NCBI GenBank assembly: GCA_030627085.1
Contig: DAOUSS010000001.1
Coordinates: 1 to 61,675, forward strand
Reading direction: 5' to 3'
Origin: Candidatus Stahliibacteriota bacterium
Lineage (GTDB): Bacteria > Hydrothermota > UBA3073
Length of the DNA: 61,675 bases
The position numbers and the translations under genes were made by a program. Shown one piece after another: positions 35,962-45,267 of this stretch. The notes beneath the pieces are model-generated. The model did no database searches. It saw nothing but the letters and a program-made list of their open reading frames with translations, and was not told where the DNA came from. Position 1 is the stretch's first letter; every line of letters starts with the position of its first letter.

Positions 35962-36635
35962 TTCCATTAAGGGATAATATACCGGCAAAAAAGTTTCCTT
36001 TTGTAACATATCTCCTGATTCTCATAAATGTCGCTCTTTTCATATATGAACTTACTCTTGGAAAATCTGCAAATATATTTGTCAGCAGGTATGGATGCGT
36101 TCCTTATGAAATAACACGAGCGAGAGATATTGAGCCTTACATAGGTATTCCTGTATATTTTACACTTCTCTCGTCTATGTTCCTGCACGGTTCCTGGTGG
36201 CATCTTGTTGGCAATATGCTCTTTCTCTTTATATTCGGCGACAATGTAGAGGACTGGTGGGGACACAGAAGATACATCTTGATGTACATCTTATTCGGAC
36301 TCATTGCAGCGCTCTTGCAGATACTTGTATCGCCCAACTCCAGAGTGCCATTTATCGGTGCATCCGGTGCAATTGCGGGTGTTATGGGGAGTTATTTTTT
36401 TCTCTATCCACATGCAAAGGTAAATGTAATTTTTATATTCTTCTTCTTTATACGAATTGTGTGGATACCCGCATTTCTATTCCTCGGCTTCTGGATATTA
36501 TTACAGATTTTGTACGGATTTCTCACTCCCCCTTCGGCTTCAAATATCGCGTTTTTTGCCCATATAGGTGGTTTCTTTGGGGGTCTCCTCCTTACCCGCC
36601 AGGTTGTAAAAAGGAGACTTATTGGGTGGAGATAG
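35958..36635 (+). CDS. rhomboid-family intramembrane serine protease
   Basis: FLHGSWWHLVGNMLFLFIFG, catalytic GASGAIAG and AHIGGF. The start overlaps the upstream stop (ATGA). Confidence 0.85.
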   Translation: MIPLRDNIPAKKFPFVTYLLILINVALFIYELTLGKSANIFVSRYGCVPYEITRARDIEPYIGIPVYFTLLSSMFLHGSWWHLVGNMLFLFIFGDNVEDWWGHRRYILMYILFGLIAALLQILVSPNSRVPFIGASGAIAGVMGSYFFLYPHAKVNVIFIFFFFIRIVWIPAFLFLGFWILLQILYGFLTPPSASNIAFFAHIGGFFGGLLLTRQVVKRRLIGWR

Positions 36636-36637
36636 TA

Positions 36638-36870
36638 ATATCAAATATCAAATAGTAAAAATTAAAAATCTCAAGATGATAAATCTTAAATCCGAAATCC
36701 TAAATTCTAAACAATATTTAAATTTCAATTCTCAAAATTCCAAACATGTTTTGAATAGATGTCTGTCGACAAGCAAGATTGGAATTTAGAATTTGGAATT
36801 TGTTTAGGATTTAGAAATTAGAATTTAGAAATTTTGTGTCTTTATATGTATCTTTGATTTTTGATATTGT
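36638..36870. repeat. ~230-bp inverted-repeat element built of atcaaat / aaatcc / aattcc words
   Basis: The left half (36638-36745: atatcaaatatcaaata, aaatccgaaatcctaaattctaaacaa, tcaattctcaaaattccaaac) is mirrored by the right half (36777-36870: ggaatttagaatttggaatttgtttaggatttagaaattagaatttag...tctttgatttttgatatt). Confidence 0.8.
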
Positions 36871-36922
36871 TTGTTATTTGGTGCTTGGTTATTGGAATTT
36901 GGATAAAAAGATGGGGGGTTTT

Positions 36923-38200
36923 ATGAGTATAATAAAAAAAATTTACGCGAGGGAGATACTTGATTCAAGAGGCAACCCCACAGTAGAGGTAGATTGCTGG
37001 CTTGAGACCGAGATAATGGGCAGGGTGCAAGTTCCATCAGGTGCATCCACAGGAGAATATGAGGCACTGGAACTCCGTGATAATGATAAGAACAGATACG
37101 AGGGCAAGGGTGTCCTGAAGGCAGTTGAAAATGTTAATCAGATTATAGCAAAAGAGATTATTGGTATGGATGCTCTGTATCAGAGCGAATTAGATCGTAA
37201 GCTAATAGCACTTGATGGAACGGAGAATAAATCAAACCTTGGGGCAAATGCAATACTCGGGGTATCACTTGCCGTCGCTACCGCAGAAGCGAACGAACTT
37301 GATATTCCTCTATTTAGATATCTTGGGGGCGTAATACAGGGAATAATCCCGGTGCCTATGTTGAATGTAATAAATGGCGGGATGCATGCGGATAACAACC
37401 TTGATATTCAGGAATTTATGATAGTGCCTGCAGGCGCCCCTACATTCAAAGAAGCAATGAGGATATCCAGCGAGACATTCCATACCCTGAAAAAACTTGT
37501 GAAGAAGAAGGGTTATTCCACGAATGTGGGAGATGAGGGTGGATTTGCTCCAAATCTATCAAGAAACGCAGAGGCAATAGAACTTATACTTTTGGCAATA
37601 GAAAAGGCAAATTATAAACCCGGTGAGGATATATGGATTGCTCTGGATGCTGCTGCGTCTTCATTTGAAACCAAAGGGATATACAAGTTCGAAGGAAAGG
37701 ATGTGAAGAGTGAAGGTATTATAGATATATATGAGAACTGGTGTAAAAAGTATCCTATTATCTCTATAGAAGACGGCCTTTCTGAAAACGACTGGCAAGG
37801 ATGGACAAAACTTGTAAAAAGACTTGGGAAAAAAGTCCAGATTGTTGGCGATGATATCTTCGTTACTAATGTAAAAAAGTTAAAAAGGGGAATTAAAGAA
37901 AAGGCAGCCAACTCCATACTCATAAAATTGAACCAGATAGGTACACTTACAGAGACACTTGAGGCGATAGATGTAGCAAAGAAAGCAGGCTTTACTGCAG
38001 TCATTTCACATCGCTCAGGAGAAACTGAAGGCGTGATAATATCTCACCTTGCCGTTGGAGCAGGCACAGGGCTCATAAAATCTGGTGCACCTTCAAGGAG
38101 TGAGAGAGTAGCGAAGTACAACGAACTCATGCGGATAGAAGAAGAACTTGGAAGCGGGGCAGAATATCCCGGTTATCTCGCATTCTACTCCATTGGATAA
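36923..38200 (+). CDS. eno: enolase (phosphopyruvate hydratase)
   Basis: [18 protein letters not shown]-terminus and SHRSGETE motif. ATG 36923 was chosen because the upstream part of the track ORF is repeat DNA. Confidence 0.95.
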   Translation: MSIIKKIYAREILDSRGNPTVEVDCWLETEIMGRVQVPSGASTGEYEALELRDNDKNRYEGKGVLKAVENVNQIIAKEIIGMDALYQSELDRKLIALDGTENKSNLGANAILGVSLAVATAEANELDIPLFRYLGGVIQGIIPVPMLNVINGGMHADNNLDIQEFMIVPAGAPTFKEAMRISSETFHTLKKLVKKKGYSTNVGDEGGFAPNLSRNAEAIELILLAIEKANYKPGEDIWIALDAAASSFETKGIYKFEGKDVKSEGIIDIYENWCKKYPIISIEDGLSENDWQGWTKLVKRLGKKVQIVGDDIFVTNVKKLKRGIKEKAANSILIKLNQIGTLTETLEAIDVAKKAGFTAVISHRSGETEGVIISHLAVGAGTGLIKSGAPSRSERVAKYNELMRIEEELGSGAEYPGYLAFYSIG

Positions 38201-38375
38201 AGACAGTGATCGGTTATCAGTCTTCGGTGAACTCAGCCGAACCGTGATCGGGTTATCAGGTCTTTCACAAGGATCTCTTACAATCTCTTTAGTTCCCTGT
38301 TGAAAAAGAAATTGACAGGGATTGTAAGAGAAAAAGATATTTTCAGAAAAAACAATTTCTTCTCTGTTTAAAACT

Positions 38376-38409
38376 GTATAAAAAATAGGCACAAATTAAA
38401 TTTGTGCCT
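38376..38409 (-). terminator. intrinsic terminator downstream of the tRNA (minus strand)
   Basis: aggcacaaa (38387-38395) / tttgtgcct (38401-38409) stem. On the minus strand it is followed by attttttata. Confidence 0.65.
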
Positions 38410-38449
38410 ACAACTCTACAGCGTAAATCAGTGTCAAAAAAACAAAAAT

Positions 38450-38521
38450 TTGTGGGGGCGGGATTCGAACCCGCGACCTTCAGGTTATGGGCCTGACGAG
38501 CTACCACTGCTCTACCCCACG
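38450..38521 (-). tRNA. initiator-type tRNA-Met (anticodon CAU), CCA not encoded
   Basis: Reverse complement CGUGGGG UA GAGC AGUGGUA GCUC G UCAGG CCCAUAA CCUGA AGGUC GCGGG UUCGAAU CCCGC CCCCACA A folds as a cloverleaf. C1:A72 mismatch and close similarity to E. coli tRNA-fMet, as recalled from memory. Confidence 0.85.
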
Positions 38522-38525
38522 ATGA

Positions 38526-39065
38526 ATGTATTATAACACAGAAAATCCCATTTGTCAAGAAAAAAATTCAAGGCAAAAGGAGAAAGGGGGAAAGAAGGAG
38601 ATAGAGAAAAAGAAATTAATTTTAGAAGAGTTGACCAACCGCATCATTAAAGCCTGCATAAATGTCCACACCCAGCTTGGACCTGGTTTTTTGGAGAGTA
38701 TATATCACAAAGCTTTGGAAATTGAGCTAAAGAAACAGGGACTTGAATTTGAAACAGAAGAAGAATACAAGATCTTCTACGACGGAATGGAAGTGGGAAC
38801 TCACCGATTAGATTTGTTGGTCGAGGATGCGGTTATTGTTGAATTAAAGACAGTGGAAGAGATACATAAGAAGTATTACGCACAGCTGCAATCTTATTTA
38901 AAGGCAACAAATAAGCCCGTAGGTTTGTTAGTCAATTTTGCCGATTTTAAAATAGATATACGAAGAGTAGAGTTAAAGAGACAAGGAGAAAGGAATTCAG
39001 GAGAAAAGGGGAAGGGGGAGAAATGGGGAAGTTTAAATAATTTAGGTTTTTTTTCCTTTTCATAA
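38526..39065 (+). CDS. GxxExxY-family protein (PD-(D/E)XK nuclease-like), both ends run into purine-rich repeats
   Basis: The core LTNRIIKACINVHTQLGPGFLESIYHKALEIELKKQGLEFETE...RLDLLVEDAVIVELK...YAQLQSYL contains the GxxExxY and D..(E/V)ELK motifs. The true start is uncertain (possibly TTG 38631). The N- and C-terminal KEKGGKKEIEKK / GERNSGEKGKGEK tracts are repeat-derived. Confidence 0.75.
   Translation: MYYNTENPICQEKNSRQKEKGGKKEIEKKKLILEELTNRIIKACINVHTQLGPGFLESIYHKALEIELKKQGLEFETEEEYKIFYDGMEVGTHRLDLLVEDAVIVELKTVEEIHKKYYAQLQSYLKATNKPVGLLVNFADFKIDIRRVELKRQGERNSGEKGKGEKWGSLNNLGFFSFS
38530..38558 (-). promoter_or_regulatory. sigma70-type promoter TTGACA-N17-TATAAT (minus strand) for the tRNA
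   Basis: Plus-strand attata 38530-38535 and tgtcaa 38553-38558. Only 8 nt separate the -10 from tRNA position 1. Confidence 0.6.
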
Positions 39066-39096
39066 CTTCTCTCTTTCTCCTGAAAGACCCAAAGGT

Positions 39097-40008
39097 ATGA
39101 ATGAACTTGTTTCCATAATTGTCCCCGCATACAATGAGGAGGAGAACATACCACTTCTTGTCGATGCGGTGGATAGTATGATAAAGGAGAGCGATCTTCA
39201 CTGTGAACTCATAATAGTGGACGATGGGAGTGAGGATGAGACTTATATAAAGGCGGTAGAAGCCCGAAAAAACCATAATTTCATAAAAGTAACCCGTCAC
39301 AAGAGAAGAATGGGTGTTACAGAGGCTCTTCTTTCTGGTTTTAAGATGGCGGAAGGGGATATTTTCGTATACTTTCCCGCTGATCTACAATATGCCTCTG
39401 AAGACATTTCAAAGATGGTTGAGAAAATACAGGGGGGTTATGATATCGTATGTGGTTGGAAGGTTGGAAAATATAATAAGAGATTTGTGTCTAATATTTA
39501 TAACGCACTTTCAAGAATATTATTTCGCGTTCCAGTCCATGATTTGAATTCAATAAAGGCATTCAAAAGGGAGATCATCAATGAGATACCCTGGCGTAAG
39601 GACTGGCATCGTTATATGGTAGTAATGGCTTACGAACAGGGCTTCAATGTGGGCGAGGTCAGAGTAAACCTCTATCCGAGGAGATATGGTAAGTCAAAGT
39701 TCGGTGGACCAGGAAGGGCAATCATAGGTGTTCTTGACCTCATTGCAGTAAAATTCCAAGTTTCATTTATGCGTAAGCCGATGTTGTTCTTCGGTTCAAT
39801 TGGCGGAATTTTACTTCTTGCAGCACTTATTGTGGGTATTATCGCACTGTATATGAGATTTGGGCTTGAACGAGGTTACAGACCCCTTATCTATCTGGTT
39901 ATTTTCCTCGGGTTGAGTGGACTTATCCTATTTATTTTTGGTTTCCTTGCTGAGACAATTGCTGGTATCAAAGATGAGATAAGACAATTAAAAAGGAGTA
40001 ACAAGTAA
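39097..40008 (+). CDS. GT2-family polyprenyl-phosphate sugar synthase-like glycosyltransferase (DPM1/GtrB/CsbB type)
   Basis: IIVPAYNEEENI, VDDGSEDET, FPADLQ (DxD-type), and two C-terminal TM helices. Confidence 0.85.
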   Translation: MNELVSIIVPAYNEEENIPLLVDAVDSMIKESDLHCELIIVDDGSEDETYIKAVEARKNHNFIKVTRHKRRMGVTEALLSGFKMAEGDIFVYFPADLQYASEDISKMVEKIQGGYDIVCGWKVGKYNKRFVSNIYNALSRILFRVPVHDLNSIKAFKREIINEIPWRKDWHRYMVVMAYEQGFNVGEVRVNLYPRRYGKSKFGGPGRAIIGVLDLIAVKFQVSFMRKPMLFFGSIGGILLLAALIVGIIALYMRFGLERGYRPLIYLVIFLGLSGLILFIFGFLAETIAGIKDEIRQLKRSNK

Positions 40009-40009
40009 C

Positions 40010-41077
40010 ATGAGAGTCCTGATCGATGTGAATCATCCTGCCCATGTGCATCTTTTTAAAAATCTATCTCGGGAATTAGAAAAAAGAGGACATGAAGTTC
40101 TCTGGGCTGCCCGTCCCAGAGGTCCAGTTGGTCCACTATTGGAGAAATACGGATTTAACTACAAAATGCTTACCTCTGCCAAACCAGGGTACATAAATAT
40201 GGTAACAGAACTCATAGAGCGTGATTGTAAAATCTACAAGCTTGTCAAGATATTCAAACCTACAGTAATGCTTGGAACTTCAGTATGCATTTCTCATGTT
40301 AGCCGTGTAACTAAAGCACACTCAATAGTTTTTAGCGAAGATGACGCCGATGTAGTAAGAACTTTTGTTGCTCTTTCTTATCCTTTTGCAGATACAATAT
40401 GTACTCCTGATTGCTTAAAGGATGATTTTGGGGGGAAACACATAAAATATCCCAGTTATCATGAACTTGCTTACTTACATCCTGATCATTTTTCACCAAA
40501 CCCGGAAGTACTCAAGAAATTGGGGTTGAGTGAAAATGATAAATACTTTATAATAAGATTTGTGGCTTTCCGTGCAGATCACGATATAGGACAATCTGGC
40601 ATTACTTATACTGCAGGAAAGAAGCTCATTGATGAACTATTACATTACGGAAAAGTATTTATAACCTCTGAGCGTGCATTGCCTTCCGAGGTTGAGAAGT
40701 ACAGAATTCATATTTCACCCTGGGAACTACACAACGCTTTATATTATGCAACAATATGTATTGGTGACTCACAAACAATGGTAGCAGAAGCGGCTGTCTT
40801 GGGAACTCCAGCAATCAGGTGTAATACATTTGTTGGCAGAATTTCTTATCTTGAGGAATTAGAGCATAAATATGGTTTGACTTACGGATTTTTGCCTAAA
40901 GACGAAGATAAAATGTTTGATAAAATTACAGAACTTCTAAAGAAACCCAATTTGAAAGAGGAATGGCAAGAGAAAAGAAAAAGGATGTTAAAGGACAAAA
41001 TTGATTTAACAGAGTGGATGGTGGATTTTGTAGAGAATTATTTTGAAAGTTTTAAAAAATATAAACAAGAGACATAG
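40010..41077 (+). CDS. DUF354 domain protein (GT-B/epimerase-like fold, glycan biosynthesis)
   Basis: MRVLIDVNHPAHVHLFKN...GHEV N-terminus typical of DUF354. About 355 aa. Confidence 0.65.
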   Translation: MRVLIDVNHPAHVHLFKNLSRELEKRGHEVLWAARPRGPVGPLLEKYGFNYKMLTSAKPGYINMVTELIERDCKIYKLVKIFKPTVMLGTSVCISHVSRVTKAHSIVFSEDDADVVRTFVALSYPFADTICTPDCLKDDFGGKHIKYPSYHELAYLHPDHFSPNPEVLKKLGLSENDKYFIIRFVAFRADHDIGQSGITYTAGKKLIDELLHYGKVFITSERALPSEVEKYRIHISPWELHNALYYATICIGDSQTMVAEAAVLGTPAIRCNTFVGRISYLEELEHKYGLTYGFLPKDEDKMFDKITELLKKPNLKEEWQEKRKRMLKDKIDLTEWMVDFVENYFESFKKYKQET

Positions 41078-41078
41078 T

Positions 41079-42074
41079 ATGGATCTTCTAAAGTGTTACA
41101 AGAATCAAAAAGTCGTAATAACTGGTGGCTTGGGAATGCTTGGAAGTACCATTGCTCATCTATTGGTCGATTCTGGCGCAGATATCACACTTATAGATTC
41201 AATGTTGGAGCCTTATGGCGGTAATCTCTTTAATATCTACGACATAAGAGATAAAGTGACGGTAAATTTCTCTGATATCAGAGATAAAAATTCTCTAAAA
41301 TATTTACTAATAAACAAAGATATAGTTTTTAACTTAGCTGCACAGGTAAGTTATACGGAAAGTCTATATGATCCATATACAGATTTAGAGATTAATTGTT
41401 TAGGTCATTTAAACGTTCTGGAAACATTACGCAAGTATAACCCAAGTGCAAAAATTATTTTTTCAGGATCAAGGTTAGAATATGGGAAAATTCATTCTAA
41501 CCCTGTGAGAGAGAATCATCAAATTGTCCCAGAAAGTATCTATGCAATACATAAATATACAGCAGAACGTTATTATCAAATTTATCATACTATTCATAAC
41601 ATCGATGCAGTATGTTTCAGGATCTCAAATCCATATGGCCCCCGACAACAGATGAAGCATTCACAATACGGTATAGTTAATTGGTTTATCAAAATGGCCA
41701 TGAATGGCGAAAAAATAAAAATATTTGGCAAGGGAGAACAAATAAGAGATTATATATACGTTGAAGAATTAGCAAAAGCCCTAATTTTAGCAGCAATTAA
41801 CAAAAACACAGCTGGAGAGGTCTATAATGTTGGCTCTGGATATGGTGTGAAATTTAAAGATATGGTAAGAACTGTAATCGAAGTTGTAGGGAAAGGCAAC
41901 TACGAATTTGTTGAATGGCCTGATGATTATAAAAACATTGAAACCGGAGACTTCATAGCAGATATATCCAAATTACAAAAATGTATAGACTGGGAACCAA
42001 GCACTGACTTGCGTTCAGGGATTAAAAAGACATATAAATATTATAAAAAATACCATAAATGGTATTGGGACTAA
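41079..42074 (+). CDS. NAD-dependent sugar-nucleotide epimerase/dehydratase (extended SDR)
   Basis: VVITGGLGMLGS (GxxGxxG) and catalytic YAIHK (YxxxK). ATG 41079 preferred. Confidence 0.85.
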   Translation: MDLLKCYKNQKVVITGGLGMLGSTIAHLLVDSGADITLIDSMLEPYGGNLFNIYDIRDKVTVNFSDIRDKNSLKYLLINKDIVFNLAAQVSYTESLYDPYTDLEINCLGHLNVLETLRKYNPSAKIIFSGSRLEYGKIHSNPVRENHQIVPESIYAIHKYTAERYYQIYHTIHNIDAVCFRISNPYGPRQQMKHSQYGIVNWFIKMAMNGEKIKIFGKGEQIRDYIYVEELAKALILAAINKNTAGEVYNVGSGYGVKFKDMVRTVIEVVGKGNYEFVEWPDDYKNIETGDFIADISKLQKCIDWEPSTDLRSGIKKTYKYYKKYHKWYWD

Positions 42075-42108
42075 TTTTCGGAAAAATTAAAATGTAAAAG
42101 GTAGCCAA

Positions 42109-43431
42109 ATGTATGAATCTTTAGCACGCAAGTTAATTTTCCCAATTGGTGATAGGCTATTGGGGACACACATAATACCTACATTGAAAGAAATAGAAAA
42201 GAAACAGTGGTGGCCGCCCGAGAAAATCCAGGAAGAGCAAAATATGAGATTGCAGGAACTAATCAATCATTCTTATAAAAACGTTCCGTATTGGAGAAAT
42301 TTGTTTGATAGTTTGGGCCTGAAGCCGAATCATATTCAGACGAAAGAGGATTTACAAAAATTACCAATTTTGACTAAGGAGACAATAAGAAAGAATATAG
42401 ATTCTATGCTTGCTCAAAATTTCACTAAAAAAATTTTCATAGAACAACATAGTAGTGGGTCAACTGGAGAACCTCTGAGATATTATCTTGACAAGGAAGG
42501 CATTAGTTGGTGGGTGGCTTCAATGATGCGGTTCTGGAGATGGGCTGGATATGATTTCGGCAAAAAATGGATCAGAATACAGTTGTGGCCTAGAGATAAA
42601 CTTTGGCAGAGATTATTTGATAGATTCACCAGATGTACATACATTCCAACATATAAGCTCAATGAGGAAAGCATAGAGCGAGCTATATTTTTAATTCAAA
42701 AAACAAGACCTGAGATAATACGGGGTTATACTGGAGCAATCTATCTTATTGCTAAACACATGAAAGAAAAAGGAAACGGGAAATTTAAAGTGAGAGCGGT
42801 AATCACTACCAGTGAGACTTTATTCCCCCATTATCGCCAAATAATAGAGGAACAATTTTGTTGCAAAGTTTACGATACCTATGGGGGTGAAGGTCTTTCA
42901 ATTGCTGGACAATGTGAAAAAGGAAATTATCATATCGATGATAACAATGTAATTGTTGAATTTACAAAAGATGACGGGACTCCAGCTAAACCAGGTGAAT
43001 TGGCTAATATTATTGTTAATAGCTTGCATAATTATTCAATGCCGTTCATTCGATACAAAATACAGGATGTGGGAATACCCTCAGATAGAATTTGCAGTTG
43101 TGGCAGAGGACTTTCTACAATGGAGTCGATTGAAGGAAGAGACGCTGATATTATAAGAACCCCTGATAGTAGGTACTTGACGGTTCAATTCTTTGTGGTG
43201 CTTTTCGAAAACGAGGAGGGAATCGACCAATTCCAAGTAATCCAGGAAGTTCTAAATGAAATCACCATTAAAATTGTTAGAAATGATACCTTCTCTGACA
43301 AGAATGCAGATCACATAATAAACACTATAAAGCAAAGCGGAGGACAGACATTAAAAGTGAATCTTGAATTTGTTGATGAAATCCCTTTGGCACCATCGGG
43401 GAAGAGAAGATTTGTTATCTCTAAAGCTTAA
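42109..43431 (+). CDS. CapK/PaaK-like adenylate-forming ligase (phenylacetate-CoA ligase family)
   Basis: SSGSTGEP AMP-binding motif and the C-terminal ...PLAPSGKRRFV. About 440 aa, as in capsule-locus CapK proteins. Confidence 0.7.
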   Translation: MYESLARKLIFPIGDRLLGTHIIPTLKEIEKKQWWPPEKIQEEQNMRLQELINHSYKNVPYWRNLFDSLGLKPNHIQTKEDLQKLPILTKETIRKNIDSMLAQNFTKKIFIEQHSSGSTGEPLRYYLDKEGISWWVASMMRFWRWAGYDFGKKWIRIQLWPRDKLWQRLFDRFTRCTYIPTYKLNEESIERAIFLIQKTRPEIIRGYTGAIYLIAKHMKEKGNGKFKVRAVITTSETLFPHYRQIIEEQFCCKVYDTYGGEGLSIAGQCEKGNYHIDDNNVIVEFTKDDGTPAKPGELANIIVNSLHNYSMPFIRYKIQDVGIPSDRICSCGRGLSTMESIEGRDADIIRTPDSRYLTVQFFVVLFENEEGIDQFQVIQEVLNEITIKIVRNDTFSDKNADHIINTIKQSGGQTLKVNLEFVDEIPLAPSGKRRFVISKA

Positions 43432-43442
43432 AGAGATTATCT

Positions 43443-44570
43443 ATGAAGGCGTTAAACACCAGCAAACCAAAGATATTAATAGTTGGCAGCTATCCTCCTC
43501 CTTATGGTGGTATCGCGGTTTTGGTAAAAGAAACTCTGAATTCAAGATTGAAAGATAAATATGATTTAATTCACTGTCGCACAGGCTCCAGGGACGTTAC
43601 AGTTGCTCAAGAAGAAACCTGTATACGATCGATTATCAGACTAATATATGACCACTTATCTTTAATTTATCTCTTAGTAAAGCATTCACCAAGAGTAGTC
43701 AATCTTTATTCTCCCGCCTTTTTAGGATTCTGGAGTAAATCTATCCTTGCAATAGTCTCAAAATTATTTGGCAAAAAGACGGTGATTCATATTCACAGTG
43801 CTAAGTTCGATAGTTGGTATAATAATGCCTCTCAGACCAAAAAATGGCTGATTAGGTTTTTACTTAACCGAGTTGATATTATAGTTATTGAGGGTGAAAT
43901 ATGGAAAACATTCTTCAAACAGATAGTTCCTGAAAGTAAATTAGTTATAATACCCAACTGTGTTCATTTGTCCAATTTTAAAAAGACAAAAAAATCCAAA
44001 CGCGAAAATAAAATCTCTGTTTTATTTCCGGGTTCATTATGTGAGAGAAAAGGTGTTTTTGACATCCTTAAAGCTATTCCACTTGTTGTTAAGGAAGAAA
44101 AAAATATAAAATTCATCTTTGGTGGTTGCAGCTCTAACGAAGAAGAAATCAAAATACTGGAGATTATTAAAAGCCAACACCTTGAAAATTACACTGCTTT
44201 TATTGGTGAATACACGGATAAGAATAAATCTGAAATATATGGCAGTGCTGATATTTTCATATTACCTTCTTATGCTGAAGGGTTACCTATTTCTATGTTA
44301 GATGCAATGGCGTTGGGTTTACCAATAATATCTACAAGAGTTGGTGCAATACCAGAAGTTATAGATGATAGAGTCAATGGATTTCTTATAGAACCAGGTG
44401 ATTACAAAGCTCTAGCAAAGAGAATACTTATTCTAACTACGGATAGAAATTTAAGAGAAAAAATGGGTAAAAACAATATCGAGAAGATAAAGAAAAATTA
44501 CGACTTTTCAATTATGGTTAAGAATTTCGATGAGTTACAACAAAGACTGCTTAAAGAGAATAGAAAATAA
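43443..44570 (+). CDS. GT4-family (GT-B) glycosyltransferase
   Basis: KILIVGSYPPPYGGI N-terminus and AEGLPISMLDAMALGLPIISTRVG (EX7E region). Confidence 0.85.
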   Translation: MKALNTSKPKILIVGSYPPPYGGIAVLVKETLNSRLKDKYDLIHCRTGSRDVTVAQEETCIRSIIRLIYDHLSLIYLLVKHSPRVVNLYSPAFLGFWSKSILAIVSKLFGKKTVIHIHSAKFDSWYNNASQTKKWLIRFLLNRVDIIVIEGEIWKTFFKQIVPESKLVIIPNCVHLSNFKKTKKSKRENKISVLFPGSLCERKGVFDILKAIPLVVKEEKNIKFIFGGCSSNEEEIKILEIIKSQHLENYTAFIGEYTDKNKSEIYGSADIFILPSYAEGLPISMLDAMALGLPIISTRVGAIPEVIDDRVNGFLIEPGDYKALAKRILILTTDRNLREKMGKNNIEKIKKNYDFSIMVKNFDELQQRLLKENRK

Positions 44571-45264
44571 CAAAGATACACATTATTGGGAAAAAAGAGA
44601 GAAGGCACCTGCTGATTGGTATTATTATAAGCCTTATTTAGCAACTTGTATTAAATATAGCAACCCAGGTAAGATTTTAGATGTAGGTGCTGGAATGGGT
44701 GGTTTTACAGAATGTTGTGCTCGCTTTGGTTTAGATTGTGTTGGATTGGAGGGCGATGATTGGGCAGTCAAACAAGCTAAGAAAAGATATGACATGGATA
44801 TTCGACAACACTTTCTTGAGTATAAATTACCGTTTAATGACGGAGAATTCAGTGTAATTTTCTGTAGTCAAGTAATCGAACACTTGTCTGAAAAGACAGC
44901 AAAGTTTGCATTGAAGGAATTTTATAGAGTCTTATCGGATGGGGGAACACTGTTTATTCATTCGCCCTGTTATTATGTTAGAGAGGCCCGGATTGACCCA
45001 ACGCATATAAATCTATATATACCAAAAAGGCTTTGTCATGAAATTATTGAGGCTGGGTTTAACATTGTTATACCAATGACTTATCCACGGGGCGTTATTG
45101 GGGGGAGCGTGGTAACAAAAGCTATCATGACAATTTTATTTGTATTGTTCCCTTGCGACAGGTTAGCCGGTAATAGTAGCTTGATGGCTAAGAAAACTTC
45201 TGATAAGGAAATAAAAATCTTTTCTCCGCGATATTTTCACATTCAAAGAATTATTCATTGGTAA
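44530..45264 (+). CDS. class I SAM-dependent methyltransferase
   Basis: ILDVGAGMGGF (motif I), FSVIFCSQVIEHL, GGTLFIHSP. Confidence 0.8.
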   Translation: MSYNKDCLKRIENNKDTHYWEKREKAPADWYYYKPYLATCIKYSNPGKILDVGAGMGGFTECCARFGLDCVGLEGDDWAVKQAKKRYDMDIRQHFLEYKLPFNDGEFSVIFCSQVIEHLSEKTAKFALKEFYRVLSDGGTLFIHSPCYYVREARIDPTHINLYIPKRLCHEIIEAGFNIVIPMTYPRGVIGGSVVTKAIMTILFVLFPCDRLAGNSSLMAKKTSDKEIKIFSPRYFHIQRIIHW

Positions 45265-45267
45265 ATT

